Origin: a virus
IMG/VR virus record: IMGVR_UViG_3300045258_000084
Span: 1-44,352 of that record
Length of the DNA: 44,352 nucleotides
Reading direction: 5' to 3' (one strand)
A program made the position numbers and the translations under genes. The first letter of the stretch is position 1; each line of letters begins with the position of its first letter. Shown one piece after another: positions 15,892-24,349 of this stretch. The notes below the pieces were generated by a model. It searched no databases and had not been told where the DNA came from. It was given only the letters and a program-made list of their open reading frames with translations.

Positions 15892-17092
15892 TACCCCTCC
15901 CCATAATCTTAGCTTCTACTCCATTAGGTCCAAAACAATGTGGAGCGTTCATTGCCACAGTTCCCCAATCAATACCAGATTGTTCAGACGCGCCATTATT
16001 AAATTGCTGCATGGCATTTAATTCTAGCGCAATCATATCGAAGGGATTACCATCTATACCATTATCATCTGGCATCCCCCATCCTCCGCAAAATCTCTGT
16101 AGGCAGTCACTAATTGAATCGAGAAATTGATTAACATCTTGATAAAGATATTTCTGATAGAGAATTCCATGTAATTTCCCAACTTGTTTCCACCAAAAAT
16201 CTCCAATAGTTTCTTGACCGAATGAAATGTAACCTTCCTGCAAATGAATATAAACTTTAGTTCCCACTGCAAGGAAATCTGGTGACATTGCATTGATAAT
16301 TAATTGGGCCTCTTCTTTAGTTAGCCAAATTGAACCTTCCCAAAATAGGCTAACTCTAGGGATATGAATTTGGGCTAATTTGGTGCGAATTGAAATAGTG
16401 TTATTAATTACATACTGCGGATAGTGCCAAGGGTCAAAATCCTTACTACTCAGAAATACACATGGTCTAAATCCTTCATTAACTAATTCCATACAAATGT
16501 TAATGAATTCATCTTCAGACATTCCCCATGATCTTGCATCCGGCCATGAAAGTAATACATCTAGTAATGGGTCTGAAGAATTGGGTTCCTCATTAATACC
16601 TTTTGATTTCCAATTATTCCTAATGATAACACGTTCATTAATGGGGTAATGCGGATAGAACCAACTTAAAACTAAATCAATAGGACCACCCGTTCCTACA
16701 TCAGACAATCCAGAAATATGAACCCCACACATATTCCCCTTCCAAGTCCGGGGTGCAATCTTGGAAGTATGTTTAAAAGAACATGTTACCGGAATGTTAA
16801 GTGTGGAAGTTCCATTCCAATTAACTGGACCGAAATAGGTAGTGTTTAAGCCTTTCCCAGTTACAGTTCCATATACTGCATATGGTGGGGGGTAACCTGG
16901 GGGTGAATAAGGGATATCCGCGATATAAAAATTAGATTGATTTCTAATTCTTGGTTCCATTGGTGCGGGTTGTCCATTTGCAGCATACATGAATAGAGTT
17001 ATAACTGGGTCTTGAATTGGTGAACCATCTCCCATTTGGGGATTTACATTTAATTGAATACTCATATTCTCTCTCCTGTATCTGAATTCCAA
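15884..17092 (-). CDS. Beta-sandwich plus TIM-barrel glycoside-hydrolase-like protein (candidate lysin/depolymerase)
   Basis: 402-aa ORF. The likely start is MSIQ at 17065 (AGGAGAGAGAAT ATG). The alternating beta/alpha pattern with FWEGS and HLQEGYISFG resembles clan GH-A acid/base and nucleophile motifs. The family is not identified. Confidence 0.4.
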   Translation of the reverse strand: MEFRYRRENMSIQLNVNPQMGDGSPIQDPVITLFMYAANGQPAPMEPRIRNQSNFYIADIPYSPPGYPPPYAVYGTVTGKGLNTTYFGPVNWNGTSTLNIPVTCSFKHTSKIAPRTWKGNMCGVHISGLSDVGTGGPIDLVLSWFYPHYPINERVIIRNNWKSKGINEEPNSSDPLLDVLLSWPDARSWGMSEDEFINICMELVNEGFRPCVFLSSKDFDPWHYPQYVINNTISIRTKLAQIHIPRVSLFWEGSIWLTKEEAQLIINAMSPDFLAVGTKVYIHLQEGYISFGQETIGDFWWKQVGKLHGILYQKYLYQDVNQFLDSISDCLQRFCGGWGMPDDNGIDGNPFDMIALELNAMQQFNNGASEQSGIDWGTVAMNAPHCFGPNGVEAKIMGRGNG

Positions 17093-17247
17093 TGTGTAAT
17101 TCTAACATCTCCCAATTTAACACCTTCTCTAATATAGGGTATTACAGCTTTAGCCCTTTCAGGAATGGAGAGCTCAAATGTGTCATACTTGATTATAAAA
17201 TCTGATTTATCAAGTATTACTATTTGAAGTCTAACTTTGGTCATCAC
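17062..17247 (-). CDS. Hypothetical protein
   Basis: 61-aa ORF with ATGA-type overlaps on both sides. Confidence 0.45.
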   Translation of the reverse strand: MMTKVRLQIVILDKSDFIIKYDTFELSIPERAKAVIPYIREGVKLGDVRITHWNSDTGERI

Positions 17248-18449
17248 TCACCTTTAAAATACTTTCTAAGAGCCTCTACTTCTGTGGGATTTAATGCATA
17301 TATTATTTGCCCTCCTATAGCACCCGAACTAATTAAACCAGCCTGTTCAAATGATTGGATCATTGTATCTAATTCACTTCCCTCAAAATGCATCCAATAT
17401 TTTGATAGTAACATGGCGCGAGAAATTTGATTATTTGGTCTATCAAGTAACTCATTAATGATGAGAGTTTTTTGCGCGGCCATTGATGATTTACCAGATT
17501 TACCAAATGTTACTTGTCTCACACTACCGATGAAGAGTTCACATCGTTTTATAGATTCGATCATATCGTCTAGATCTATAACTAAATCTCGTCTCTTACT
17601 TAATGAGATGAGCATTGCCACTTTTAAAATGCTATCCCCATAACGCTGAATAGTTCCGGTATCATCCTCAATTTTATCAGTATTAATTCGTCCATAAAAT
17701 TCATGATACCATTTCTCAAATAAATCTCCTGCGGGGGTATCACTTATTGGTCTAAATGGGCCTTCTAATTTTCCTACTTCTTGTAAGTAATTTATCCATC
17801 CGGCTTCATTCGGAATTTGTTCAAGATTTCTAATTAAGGGATTTAACTTATTAACATGTTTCTCAGCTATGACGAACATCCTACCAATGAATCCACCCTT
17901 AAAATCCTTATTTGTAATAAAATCTTCAAAGTGGGCTTTATTAGTTGCTACCAATAGTGAAATAGTTGGCGCGTGTAACTTATAACTATCCATCTTCAAT
18001 AGTGAAGCATATTCCCCCGCGTTCCAATTTCTATCAAATAAATCAGTTAATATGGTTAATGCTGCTGGGTCATTTACTAAACTTGAAGTGAATTCACTAG
18101 CAACTATAAATGCGGTAGCTTTCTTATTTACATGTCCACCAGGTTGTGAAGTTGCAGTTCCTAACTTTTGCATGATGCCTTGAATTGAACTTCTTCCTGA
18201 AATAATCGTGGTATTATTTACCTGTTGAACCAATCTTTTAGCAAATGCTACTGGCGCGCCTTTCTTCATTCCACTATCTGCTAGAAGCATAGTGAATATA
18301 TTAGGATAAGTTTTAAACGCGCCACCCCTATCTAAGTATACATTATCTTTTACTATCGCGGATATGGCAGTTAATGTTGACCACCACCAAAAATTCAATG
18401 GAGATTCCATCTCCCTGAAAGAGTATAGAACTTCGGCGAGTAAATTCAT
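17244..18449 (-). CDS. DUF3987-type helicase-like replication protein
   Basis: 401 aa. TLTAISAIV...YPNIFTMLLADSGMKKGAPV matches the DUF3987 N-terminal pattern and carries a degenerate P-loop. Confidence 0.6.
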   Translation of the reverse strand: MNLLAEVLYSFREMESPLNFWWWSTLTAISAIVKDNVYLDRGGAFKTYPNIFTMLLADSGMKKGAPVAFAKRLVQQVNNTTIISGRSSIQGIMQKLGTATSQPGGHVNKKATAFIVASEFTSSLVNDPAALTILTDLFDRNWNAGEYASLLKMDSYKLHAPTISLLVATNKAHFEDFITNKDFKGGFIGRMFVIAEKHVNKLNPLIRNLEQIPNEAGWINYLQEVGKLEGPFRPISDTPAGDLFEKWYHEFYGRINTDKIEDDTGTIQRYGDSILKVAMLISLSKRRDLVIDLDDMIESIKRCELFIGSVRQVTFGKSGKSSMAAQKTLIINELLDRPNNQISRAMLLSKYWMHFEGSELDTMIQSFEQAGLISSGAIGGQIIYALNPTEVEALRKYFKGE

Positions 18450-18625
18450 TATAGCTTCGGTTCAACAAGAATACCTAATTGGTGTACCAAATCTTTAAGT
18501 TCGTAGTTATCATATGGTAAGGATTGAATTCGTAACCATTTCCATAATATTTGAACTTCTTTTTCAGTTAATACAATTTCAAAATTATCATTAGAATCAT
18601 TTGAAATGAATGGGCTATATAACAT
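18449..18625 (-). CDS. Small hypothetical protein (58 aa, hand-called)
   Basis: ATG at 18625 with an AGGA SD and a TAATG overlap with the downstream gene. Confidence 0.45.
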   Translation of the reverse strand: MLYSPFISNDSNDNFEIVLTEKEVQILWKWLRIQSLPYDNYELKDLVHQLGILVEPKL

Positions 18626-18627
18626 AT

Positions 18628-18882
18628 TTATCCTGCAAAAATTTTATCTTCTTTAGGTTTATCTGCTACAAAATTATGAATATCAACCCAACAACTAGCA
18701 CATACATCAAATTCAAAATGTCGTGGTAACTTATCCATTTGATAATTACCCGTTCCACCGTATTCACCTTCCGATTCATTTCTTTTCAAACTAATGGGAT
18801 GTAATCTAGATAATTCTTTAACTTCAGTTTTGCATCTATCGCAGAAGTATTTAATCATGTTGGTTTCACCTCTTGCCAGCAA
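18628..18882 (-). CDS. Small zinc-ribbon protein
   Basis: CDRC...CASC. The probable true start is MIKYF at 18858, in an ATGA overlap with the upstream ORF. Confidence 0.55.
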   Translation of the reverse strand: MLARGETNMIKYFCDRCKTEVKELSRLHPISLKRNESEGEYGGTGNYQMDKLPRHFEFDVCASCWVDIHNFVADKPKEDKIFAG

Positions 18883-19031
18883 TCATCACAAACTACTTGT
18901 CTATTTTCCATTGAGGAATGTGGAAATAGTTTCTTATATTCCTCATCCGCTTTTTCATTATTCCACTCTTCATTTCTAACTAATTCAAATATACCACCAC
19001 ACCATGCACATTTGTATTCATTAGGTTCCAT
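18855..19031 (-). CDS. Small zinc-ribbon protein (58 aa, hand-called)
   Basis: MEPNEYKCAWCGG...VVCDDCWQEVKPT, translated base by base with the stop at 18855..18857. Confidence 0.55.
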   Translation of the reverse strand: MEPNEYKCAWCGGIFELVRNEEWNNEKADEEYKKLFPHSSMENRQVVCDDCWQEVKPT

Positions 19032-19035
19032 TGTA

Positions 19036-19248
19036 TCACTCCCATTCAGCTACAATAAATTCATTTTCATTAACCATATTATATTTTTTTGATAAAATTA
19101 TATTCTTATCATTAGCAACTATATTTAAAATTTCATATAAAAGATTAACGGGTTGTATCATTGAAACATTTTTAAAAATTAATGTAAGTTCTTTATTTTT
19201 AAAGATTTCAATTTTATCCTCATCGAGATTACAATAAATTTTAACCAT
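19036..19248 (-). CDS. Small protein, possible paralog family B
   Basis: 70 aa. It shares the LYEILN helix with the 22011..22226 product. Confidence 0.45.
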   Translation of the reverse strand: MVKIYCNLDEDKIEIFKNKELTLIFKNVSMIQPVNLLYEILNIVANDKNIILSKKYNMVNENEFIVAEWE

Positions 19249-19251
19249 GTA

Positions 19252-21753
19252 TCACTCCTTAAATTTAGAAAAATCTCGATAATTATCACCAATTTCAACC
19301 TCACTTGGAATAACTAAGTCCCTCCTAGATAAACTACAGTTTTTAAATGATATTGGTCGTTCCATCTCTTCTCGTGCAACTCTAGCAACTTCTTTAGCAT
19401 CATTAATTCGCGGGGAGATGAGTAATGCATCGTGAGATTCAAGGATAATCCTGATGCCCGGTAATCTACGTTCAATACGAATTTTTGCTGCTTTAGTATT
19501 ATCACTAACTGTACGTTGGGGTATGTAGCTATATGCTTGTCTAAAAAGGTCATCTGACCACTTATCGTAGAAAGTGCGAAGCCCCCCATATTCTGATTCA
19601 ATTCCATACGGTAACCCCGCGATTAACTTTTGTTTATTTTCGGCTAGTGCGTTTTGCACTCCCATTTGGAAATTTGCGCGAATTTTAGGTTGCTTAACAT
19701 GAAAAATTTTAATTGCAATTCCGGCAAATGCTTCACTAATAGTAAATAATTCTTCAGTCCCCGGTTTCATTATCTTATACTTGCGAGCATCCGTATTAAC
19801 TGTAAGAGAAGCACGATTTTTACTAGCTCCAAGATGGCAAGCATGCCTAAGAGTTTTACCACAGAAGCGAATTGGATGCTCATAACCCCATTTCTTCTTT
19901 GACCAATCGTCCTCACAACCGCCAAAAAACCAACTAGCTGTAAGAGCATGATAATCGTGGTGATCGATAGCATATAGCGCGTCCTCATCATCGGCTAATA
20001 GGAAAACTACTCTAGCTTCAGCTTGTGAAGAATCTATATTTAGGAAGCAATATCCGGGATCAGCTTCATACTGAACTCTAACATCTCCACCAATATCACC
20101 ATGTTTAGTCATGGTTTGAAATGCTTGACCTATATAAACTTCAGTTTTCTTCTTATCTTTCTGAAGTGTAATCGCAGGTCTAATTGGTGGGTCTAATTGT
20201 CCAGTTGATGTTCGGCCAGTATCTAAGCATAGATAGAAAGTTGTTTTCATCCTTCCATCGTAATCGGGAAGGGCCATTAAGTATGTATCAATTGTTTTAT
20301 CAATTTTGCGCTTATCTAATACTATCTCAATCGCTCTTCTATGTATGGGATTCTTAACTGTATTTCCTAATAACTGAGTAAGAACTTCCTCTCCTGTACC
20401 AGACCTGCGAGGGATTTTAAAATTCTCATATAGCATTACATCTACTTGCTTGGGAGAGCCGGTATTAACAAATCCGCCTGCAAGTTGAAATAACTCGAAA
20501 CTTAATTCTTCAGATTTGGTTACATACTTCTTAATTAAATCAAGTTTGACATTATCATTAATGCGGAATCCATAAGCTTCAGTTCGTAAATAACTTTCAT
20601 GAAGTTCCATGAGAAAATTTTGATAATATTCTCTCTGCTTTAATTCATCTAAATCCCCATCCATTGCTTTATCTACTTCAGCAGTGTTACAACTATCCAA
20701 AGCACAACCTATGAAGAGAGATTCTAATGGACCTTCATACATTCCTTCATCTTTATGAAAGGGATTCTCTGTGAAAATACTTATGAAGAAAGCTAACTTC
20801 TTAGGTAATTCCGCATTAATAGCATGGCCTTTAAGCATTACATCGCCGGCTAACTTTCTAATTCTAAACCCAAGACGTTCAATCTTATCCTGGTCATATT
20901 TAAAATTTTGACCAACTATATCGGCGCGGGGATGATACAATAATTCCTGCATCAATAACCAACATCGCGCCATTTCCTTATCTGACATTGTAGTATGGCC
21001 TGGTAAATTCCATAATGGCATTGTCATACCATCAGTTTTATCAAAGGCTATACCAATGCAGACTGGAATACATTCTCTAGCTTCAATATCTACATAAACT
21101 TTAAATCTACCAGTCGCGGGGATTTTACTTCTTAAGAATTCAAATAACTGAGTAGATGATTTTACAACTTGTAAGTTATGATAAGGCTTAATGTATTCTG
21201 GGCTATATGAGTTTTTAATAGCTCTACGGAAATCGAATTTGGTAATAGTTCTTTGCCATCCATCTTTAATAGCATGGTGTATTTCAAAGATGTCGTAGAT
21301 TGGGATAACTTTGATCCCACTATAATTGGGGATAATGGAGCCACGGTAGTTATCAATTGCATCTTTACCAAACTTTCCTAAAGTCGCGAATAATGCTGTA
21401 AGTCCAGTGGCAATGATTATGTTAGGCTTAATATTATTTAGTTCAACCTGAAGTTCATTATATTGCTCTTGAACATTAATACCTACATTTTCGGCGCGCT
21501 TTTTAAATGGCTTCTTTGTGCCGAATCTAGGATTTGGTGGTACAAAGTATTTACATGCATAGGTTTTCCATATTTGACCTAAACTCACATCATGAGGTTT
21601 TAAGTATCCCTCTAAAATACTTGCTTTAATACCTTGAATAGCTAATTCATTCGGAATTTCATTAAGAGATGGAGATTCCCCCACTATAGCTATTTTAGCA
21701 TAGGGGTCTCCATTACCCTTTACATATATCTTACTTAACTCAATTTGTTCCAT
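19252..21753 (-). CDS. DNA polymerase: N-terminal UDG-family-4-like domain + 3'-5' exonuclease + family A polymerase
   Basis: 833 aa. The UDG-like motif is IAIVGESPSLNE. Exo motifs are VYVDIEAR and GQNFKYDQD. Pol A motif A is DSSQAEARV, motif B is RFCGKTLRHACHLG and motif C is ESHDALL. Confidence 0.85.
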   Translation of the reverse strand: MEQIELSKIYVKGNGDPYAKIAIVGESPSLNEIPNELAIQGIKASILEGYLKPHDVSLGQIWKTYACKYFVPPNPRFGTKKPFKKRAENVGINVQEQYNELQVELNNIKPNIIIATGLTALFATLGKFGKDAIDNYRGSIIPNYSGIKVIPIYDIFEIHHAIKDGWQRTITKFDFRRAIKNSYSPEYIKPYHNLQVVKSSTQLFEFLRSKIPATGRFKVYVDIEARECIPVCIGIAFDKTDGMTMPLWNLPGHTTMSDKEMARCWLLMQELLYHPRADIVGQNFKYDQDKIERLGFRIRKLAGDVMLKGHAINAELPKKLAFFISIFTENPFHKDEGMYEGPLESLFIGCALDSCNTAEVDKAMDGDLDELKQREYYQNFLMELHESYLRTEAYGFRINDNVKLDLIKKYVTKSEELSFELFQLAGGFVNTGSPKQVDVMLYENFKIPRRSGTGEEVLTQLLGNTVKNPIHRRAIEIVLDKRKIDKTIDTYLMALPDYDGRMKTTFYLCLDTGRTSTGQLDPPIRPAITLQKDKKKTEVYIGQAFQTMTKHGDIGGDVRVQYEADPGYCFLNIDSSQAEARVVFLLADDEDALYAIDHHDYHALTASWFFGGCEDDWSKKKWGYEHPIRFCGKTLRHACHLGASKNRASLTVNTDARKYKIMKPGTEELFTISEAFAGIAIKIFHVKQPKIRANFQMGVQNALAENKQKLIAGLPYGIESEYGGLRTFYDKWSDDLFRQAYSYIPQRTVSDNTKAAKIRIERRLPGIRIILESHDALLISPRINDAKEVARVAREEMERPISFKNCSLSRRDLVIPSEVEIGDNYRDFSKFKE

Positions 21754-22021
21754 TTGACTTATGTGAGTGTTTGGGTAGAAGTTTCAAAGCCTGTTTCCTA
21801 CTATTAAATACTAAACCATTTCGTAAAGCCTCAGCTATCTTAAGATTCTCACTAATATAACTTGAGGACTTACGAAAGTATTTAGCAGTATTTCTTATCT
21901 TCCACTTTTCACTTCCATGACGAAGTTGAAGCCTCGAATGATAGACCGATACTAATAAAACTTTCCTATCCCATCTTCTTTCTTCGTTGAAGGATTCTCT
22001 ATAGGTCATATCACCATTCAT
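21740..22021 (-). CDS. Hypothetical protein, possible HTH DNA-binding
   Basis: 93 aa. SSSYISENLKIAEALRNG resembles a ParB/KorB-type HTH segment, but the match is weak. Confidence 0.35.
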   Translation of the reverse strand: MNGDMTYRESFNEERRWDRKVLLVSVYHSRLQLRHGSEKWKIRNTAKYFRKSSSYISENLKIAEALRNGLVFNSRKQALKLLPKHSHKSNGTN

Positions 22022-22226
22022 CTATCGTGGTTTGTTTATCTTCATCAATTTCACTTAATCTAATATCTGGGTTGCCAATTTCTGCGGTTTGGGTTGAATT
22101 TAATATTTCGTAAATTAAACCCCCAATCATTTTCATATGACCCGGTTTAGTAAATTCCCAATCTTTCTTTCCATTCTTAAGACAAGTAACTCTATCGTTA
22201 TTATAATCAATAATTATTTCAATCAT
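22011..22226 (-). CDS. Small protein, possible paralog family B
   Basis: 71 aa with an acidic C-terminus and the IYEILN helix. Confidence 0.45.
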   Translation of the reverse strand: MIEIIIDYNNDRVTCLKNGKKDWEFTKPGHMKMIGGLIYEILNSTQTAEIGNPDIRLSEIDEDKQTTIDEW

Positions 22227-22237
22227 TGTTTCAATCC

Positions 22238-22462
22238 TTAATCCAAAACTTGAACTTCATAAATATAATTTCCATACTGACCAGTATCAATCCATCCAAA
22301 ATTTATTATTTGTTGTTTAAGTTCATTTAATGTAGCTTTTCTTAAAACTTTAAATGAACATTTTTGCCAACCAATTATATCATTTTTATCTTGATAACCT
22401 ACCTCATCTAAGTAAGTATCACCGATTTTATAAGGTTCATATCCATGAATTATTATTTTCAT
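22238..22462 (-). CDS. Hypothetical protein
   Basis: 74-aa ORF. It has no SD, and the ATG lies 12 nt downstream of a 16-bp RNA stem. Confidence 0.5.
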   Translation of the reverse strand: MKIIIHGYEPYKIGDTYLDEVGYQDKNDIIGWQKCSFKVLRKATLNELKQQIINFGWIDTGQYGNYIYEVQVLD

Positions 22463-22474
22463 AAAATTAAAGAT

Positions 22475-22540
22475 GGGGCGAATCTTGATAATAACTTTTT
22501 ATTGCCCATGTAGGGCTAAAGTAGTATCAAAATCCGCCCC
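22475..22540 (-). ncRNA. Structured RNA element: 16-bp stem with 34-nt loop (attenuator / processing-site candidate)
   Basis: The arms are GGGGCGAATCTTGATA and TATCAAAATCCGCCCC. The two non-Watson-Crick positions are G-U wobbles only in the minus-strand transcript and A-C mismatches in the plus-strand one. The loop holds a GCCC-tacat-GGGC mini-hairpin. AUCUUUAAUUUU follows the stem. Confidence 0.5.
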
Positions 22541-22643
22541 GTTCACTTATGATATCCTTGTCGCTTTTTTGGCTTAATAGCTTAATTCCTATACAGCAGG
22601 AATGCTTTAATGCTTTCGCAAATGTTTTTAAACCCATCCACAC

Positions 22644-22672
22644 TTTATATGGGAAACAAGCGCCAAATTCAA
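22644..22672 (-). promoter_or_regulatory. Sigma70-like promoter (TTGAAT-17-TATAAA)
   Basis: Read on the minus strand: TTGAATttggcgcttgtttcccaTATAAA. It would give a leader of about 175 nt before the ATG at 22462. Confidence 0.45.
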
Positions 22673-22709
22673 TTTGTGCAGTTATCCTAAGTGAATTTGT
22701 TATGAACTA

Positions 22710-22829
22710 TCAATCCAAATCAGGTAATTCATTTACCTCATCATCATCATCATCATCATCTTCATCTTCAGTATCATCTACTGTATCTTCAGTGTCATCA
22801 TCTTCTGTATCAATTGGTTCATCAGCCAT
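22710..22829 (-). CDS. Poly-acidic 39-aa peptide (hand-called)
   Basis: The ATG at 22829 is preceded by TGAGGTGGGCA. Protein: MADEPIDTEDDDTEDTVDDTEDEDDDDDDDEVNELPDLD. Confidence 0.55.
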   Translation of the reverse strand: MADEPIDTEDDDTEDTVDDTEDEDDDDDDDEVNELPDLD

Positions 22830-23043
22830 TGCCCACCTCACTTGTTGGGTCATTAAATACTACAGCTTTAATAGCCCACATTGCTGAAGTTTCTAGTTCC
22901 GTAACTGCTACCGATTTTTGACGTGAGTTAGGACAAGTATCTTCAATAACTTTCTGAAGATTTGAATATGCTTCTCTCAACTTATTAATTCTATCTAAAC
23001 CCTCTGGAGAAGGCTTATGATAGGCAAATGGTTTATCAATCAT
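22822..23043 (-). CDS. Conserved-looking small phage protein, unknown function
   Basis: 73 aa. YHKPSPEGLDRINKLREAY...ELETSAMWAIKAVV forms a helical pattern that I recognise only as recurrent in phage early regions. Confidence 0.5.
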   Translation of the reverse strand: MIDKPFAYHKPSPEGLDRINKLREAYSNLQKVIEDTCPNSRQKSVAVTELETSAMWAIKAVVFNDPTSEVGNG

Positions 23044-23462
23044 TATGAACCACCTAATGTTCTCTTCTCTGCAACTGGACGATACCTATTGGTCATTTGA
23101 TTCTGAAGATTGTTATTCCACTCTCCGCGACCAATAAATACTTCCAACTCTGCACCCTTAAGATTATCAATTGGAACTCTCACACCAGTTTGTGGGGCAT
23201 ATGTAGGGTCTACAGCCTGAAGAACTGGAATCATCATTCCAATAGCTTTTGTGTTAAACTGCCAAAGATATGGCGTGGGAACTCCTGCAAACTTTTCAGA
23301 ATTATCATCAGCATTCTTAATGATAACTCCCTCAAGTCTAATATTGGTTGACTTACCATCGTCTGAAGCTTTAGTAACAATATCCTCAATACGAACTCGA
23401 TAATATGCAGGGTCAACCAAAACGGCGCGCTTAATATCTTTGTCATCAAATTCAACAAACAT
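23043..23462 (-). CDS. Putative ssDNA-binding protein (DUF669-like)
   Basis: 139 aa, located directly downstream of the Sak4/AAA_24-like ATPase, which is the usual DUF669 position. The N-terminal OB-like pattern is VDPAYYRVRIEDIV...GKSTNIRLEGVI. Confidence 0.45.
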   Translation of the reverse strand: MFVEFDDKDIKRAVLVDPAYYRVRIEDIVTKASDDGKSTNIRLEGVIIKNADDNSEKFAGVPTPYLWQFNTKAIGMMIPVLQAVDPTYAPQTGVRVPIDNLKGAELEVFIGRGEWNNNLQNQMTNRYRPVAEKRTLGGS

Positions 23463-23545
23463 TGTATTTACTCCGTAAATTTTTGAAATGAATTAGCATT
23501 TGAGCAATTAGGATTTGACCATTTAGCATTTGAGCATTTTCTTGC

Positions 23546-24349
23546 CTAAAACATACCCTCACTTTTCGCTTTTTCTGCCGCCTTCATTAGTATTGGGAAA
23601 AGTGGACCATTATCCAAACTAATTACTTCTGGCAGTGGTAGAGAAGTTCGCGCAAAATCATCTCCTGTATGCGTGGTTAATGCTTCATGTTGTGACCCTC
23701 CATTCTTAGTTTGAAAATGGAAAATTTCACTAAAATATGCTGGTATCTTAGCTGCGGCGCGTTTTCCACCTGTTACAATACTTCGTGACATAGTAGATTT
23801 ACCATCTAAAGATTTATATTCAGTTTGAAGAACATGAGCAATTGCGATAATATGAACCTTATGCTTCTGATGAATATCAGTTAGCATGGCCAATAATTCT
23901 TGAAATGCGGCCATCTCTCCATTATAATCTTCAATAGAATTTACCGCGATTCCCCCAATGAATTTACCTTTATTATCTTCACCACTTGCTCTTCCCTCTT
24001 TTTTCACAGCAAGTGTTTGTTGATTGATAGCATCTCCGAGAGTTGTGATAGAGTCAATAATTATTGTAAATATCTTACGACCATCTGACATTCTCGGTAA
24101 GATTTGAAATTGTTCTAACTTAGCCTTAGCTCTCGCCCAATCAAAATAAACATCATATTCAATATCTTCTTTCTTAATCTTGAATTTTTTCGCGGCTATC
24201 CCAACCGATTGCATTTTCTTATCCCAGTCAAATACATATACTGGGCCGCCCATTGCAAATGAAATTGCTTCAGATGATTTCCACGTTCCAATTTCACCTT
24301 TGAAGATTGCAAAGATGAGTGAGGGATCGAGTGAGGATAATAGAGGCAT
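23546..24349 (-). CDS. RecA-fold AAA_24 / Sak4-like recombination ATPase
   Basis: 267 aa with a degenerate Walker A (KGEIGTWKSS) and a Walker B (IFTIIIDSIT). Its gene neighbourhood includes the SSB-like gene and a nuclease. Confidence 0.6.
   Translation of the reverse strand: MPLLSSLDPSLIFAIFKGEIGTWKSSEAISFAMGGPVYVFDWDKKMQSVGIAAKKFKIKKEDIEYDVYFDWARAKAKLEQFQILPRMSDGRKIFTIIIDSITTLGDAINQQTLAVKKEGRASGEDNKGKFIGGIAVNSIEDYNGEMAAFQELLAMLTDIHQKHKVHIIAIAHVLQTEYKSLDGKSTMSRSIVTGGKRAAAKIPAYFSEIFHFQTKNGGSQHEALTTHTGDDFARTSLPLPEVISLDNGPLFPILMKAAEKAKSEGMF

Noticed and set aside
19314-21371. Same-strand but out-of-frame ORFs inside the polymerase gene (19314..19607, 19770..19991, 21162..21371)
   Set aside because: They are nested in a long ORF with clear Pol A, exonuclease and UDG motifs, and no independent signals support them.
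22549-22887. 112-aa plus-strand ORF with a poly-Ser run (SSSSSSSSSSSVSSTVSSVSSSS)
   Set aside because: It is the antisense shadow of the GAT/GAA-rich acidic peptide ORF and the preceding minus-strand gene. It has no SD and runs against the orientation of the whole block.
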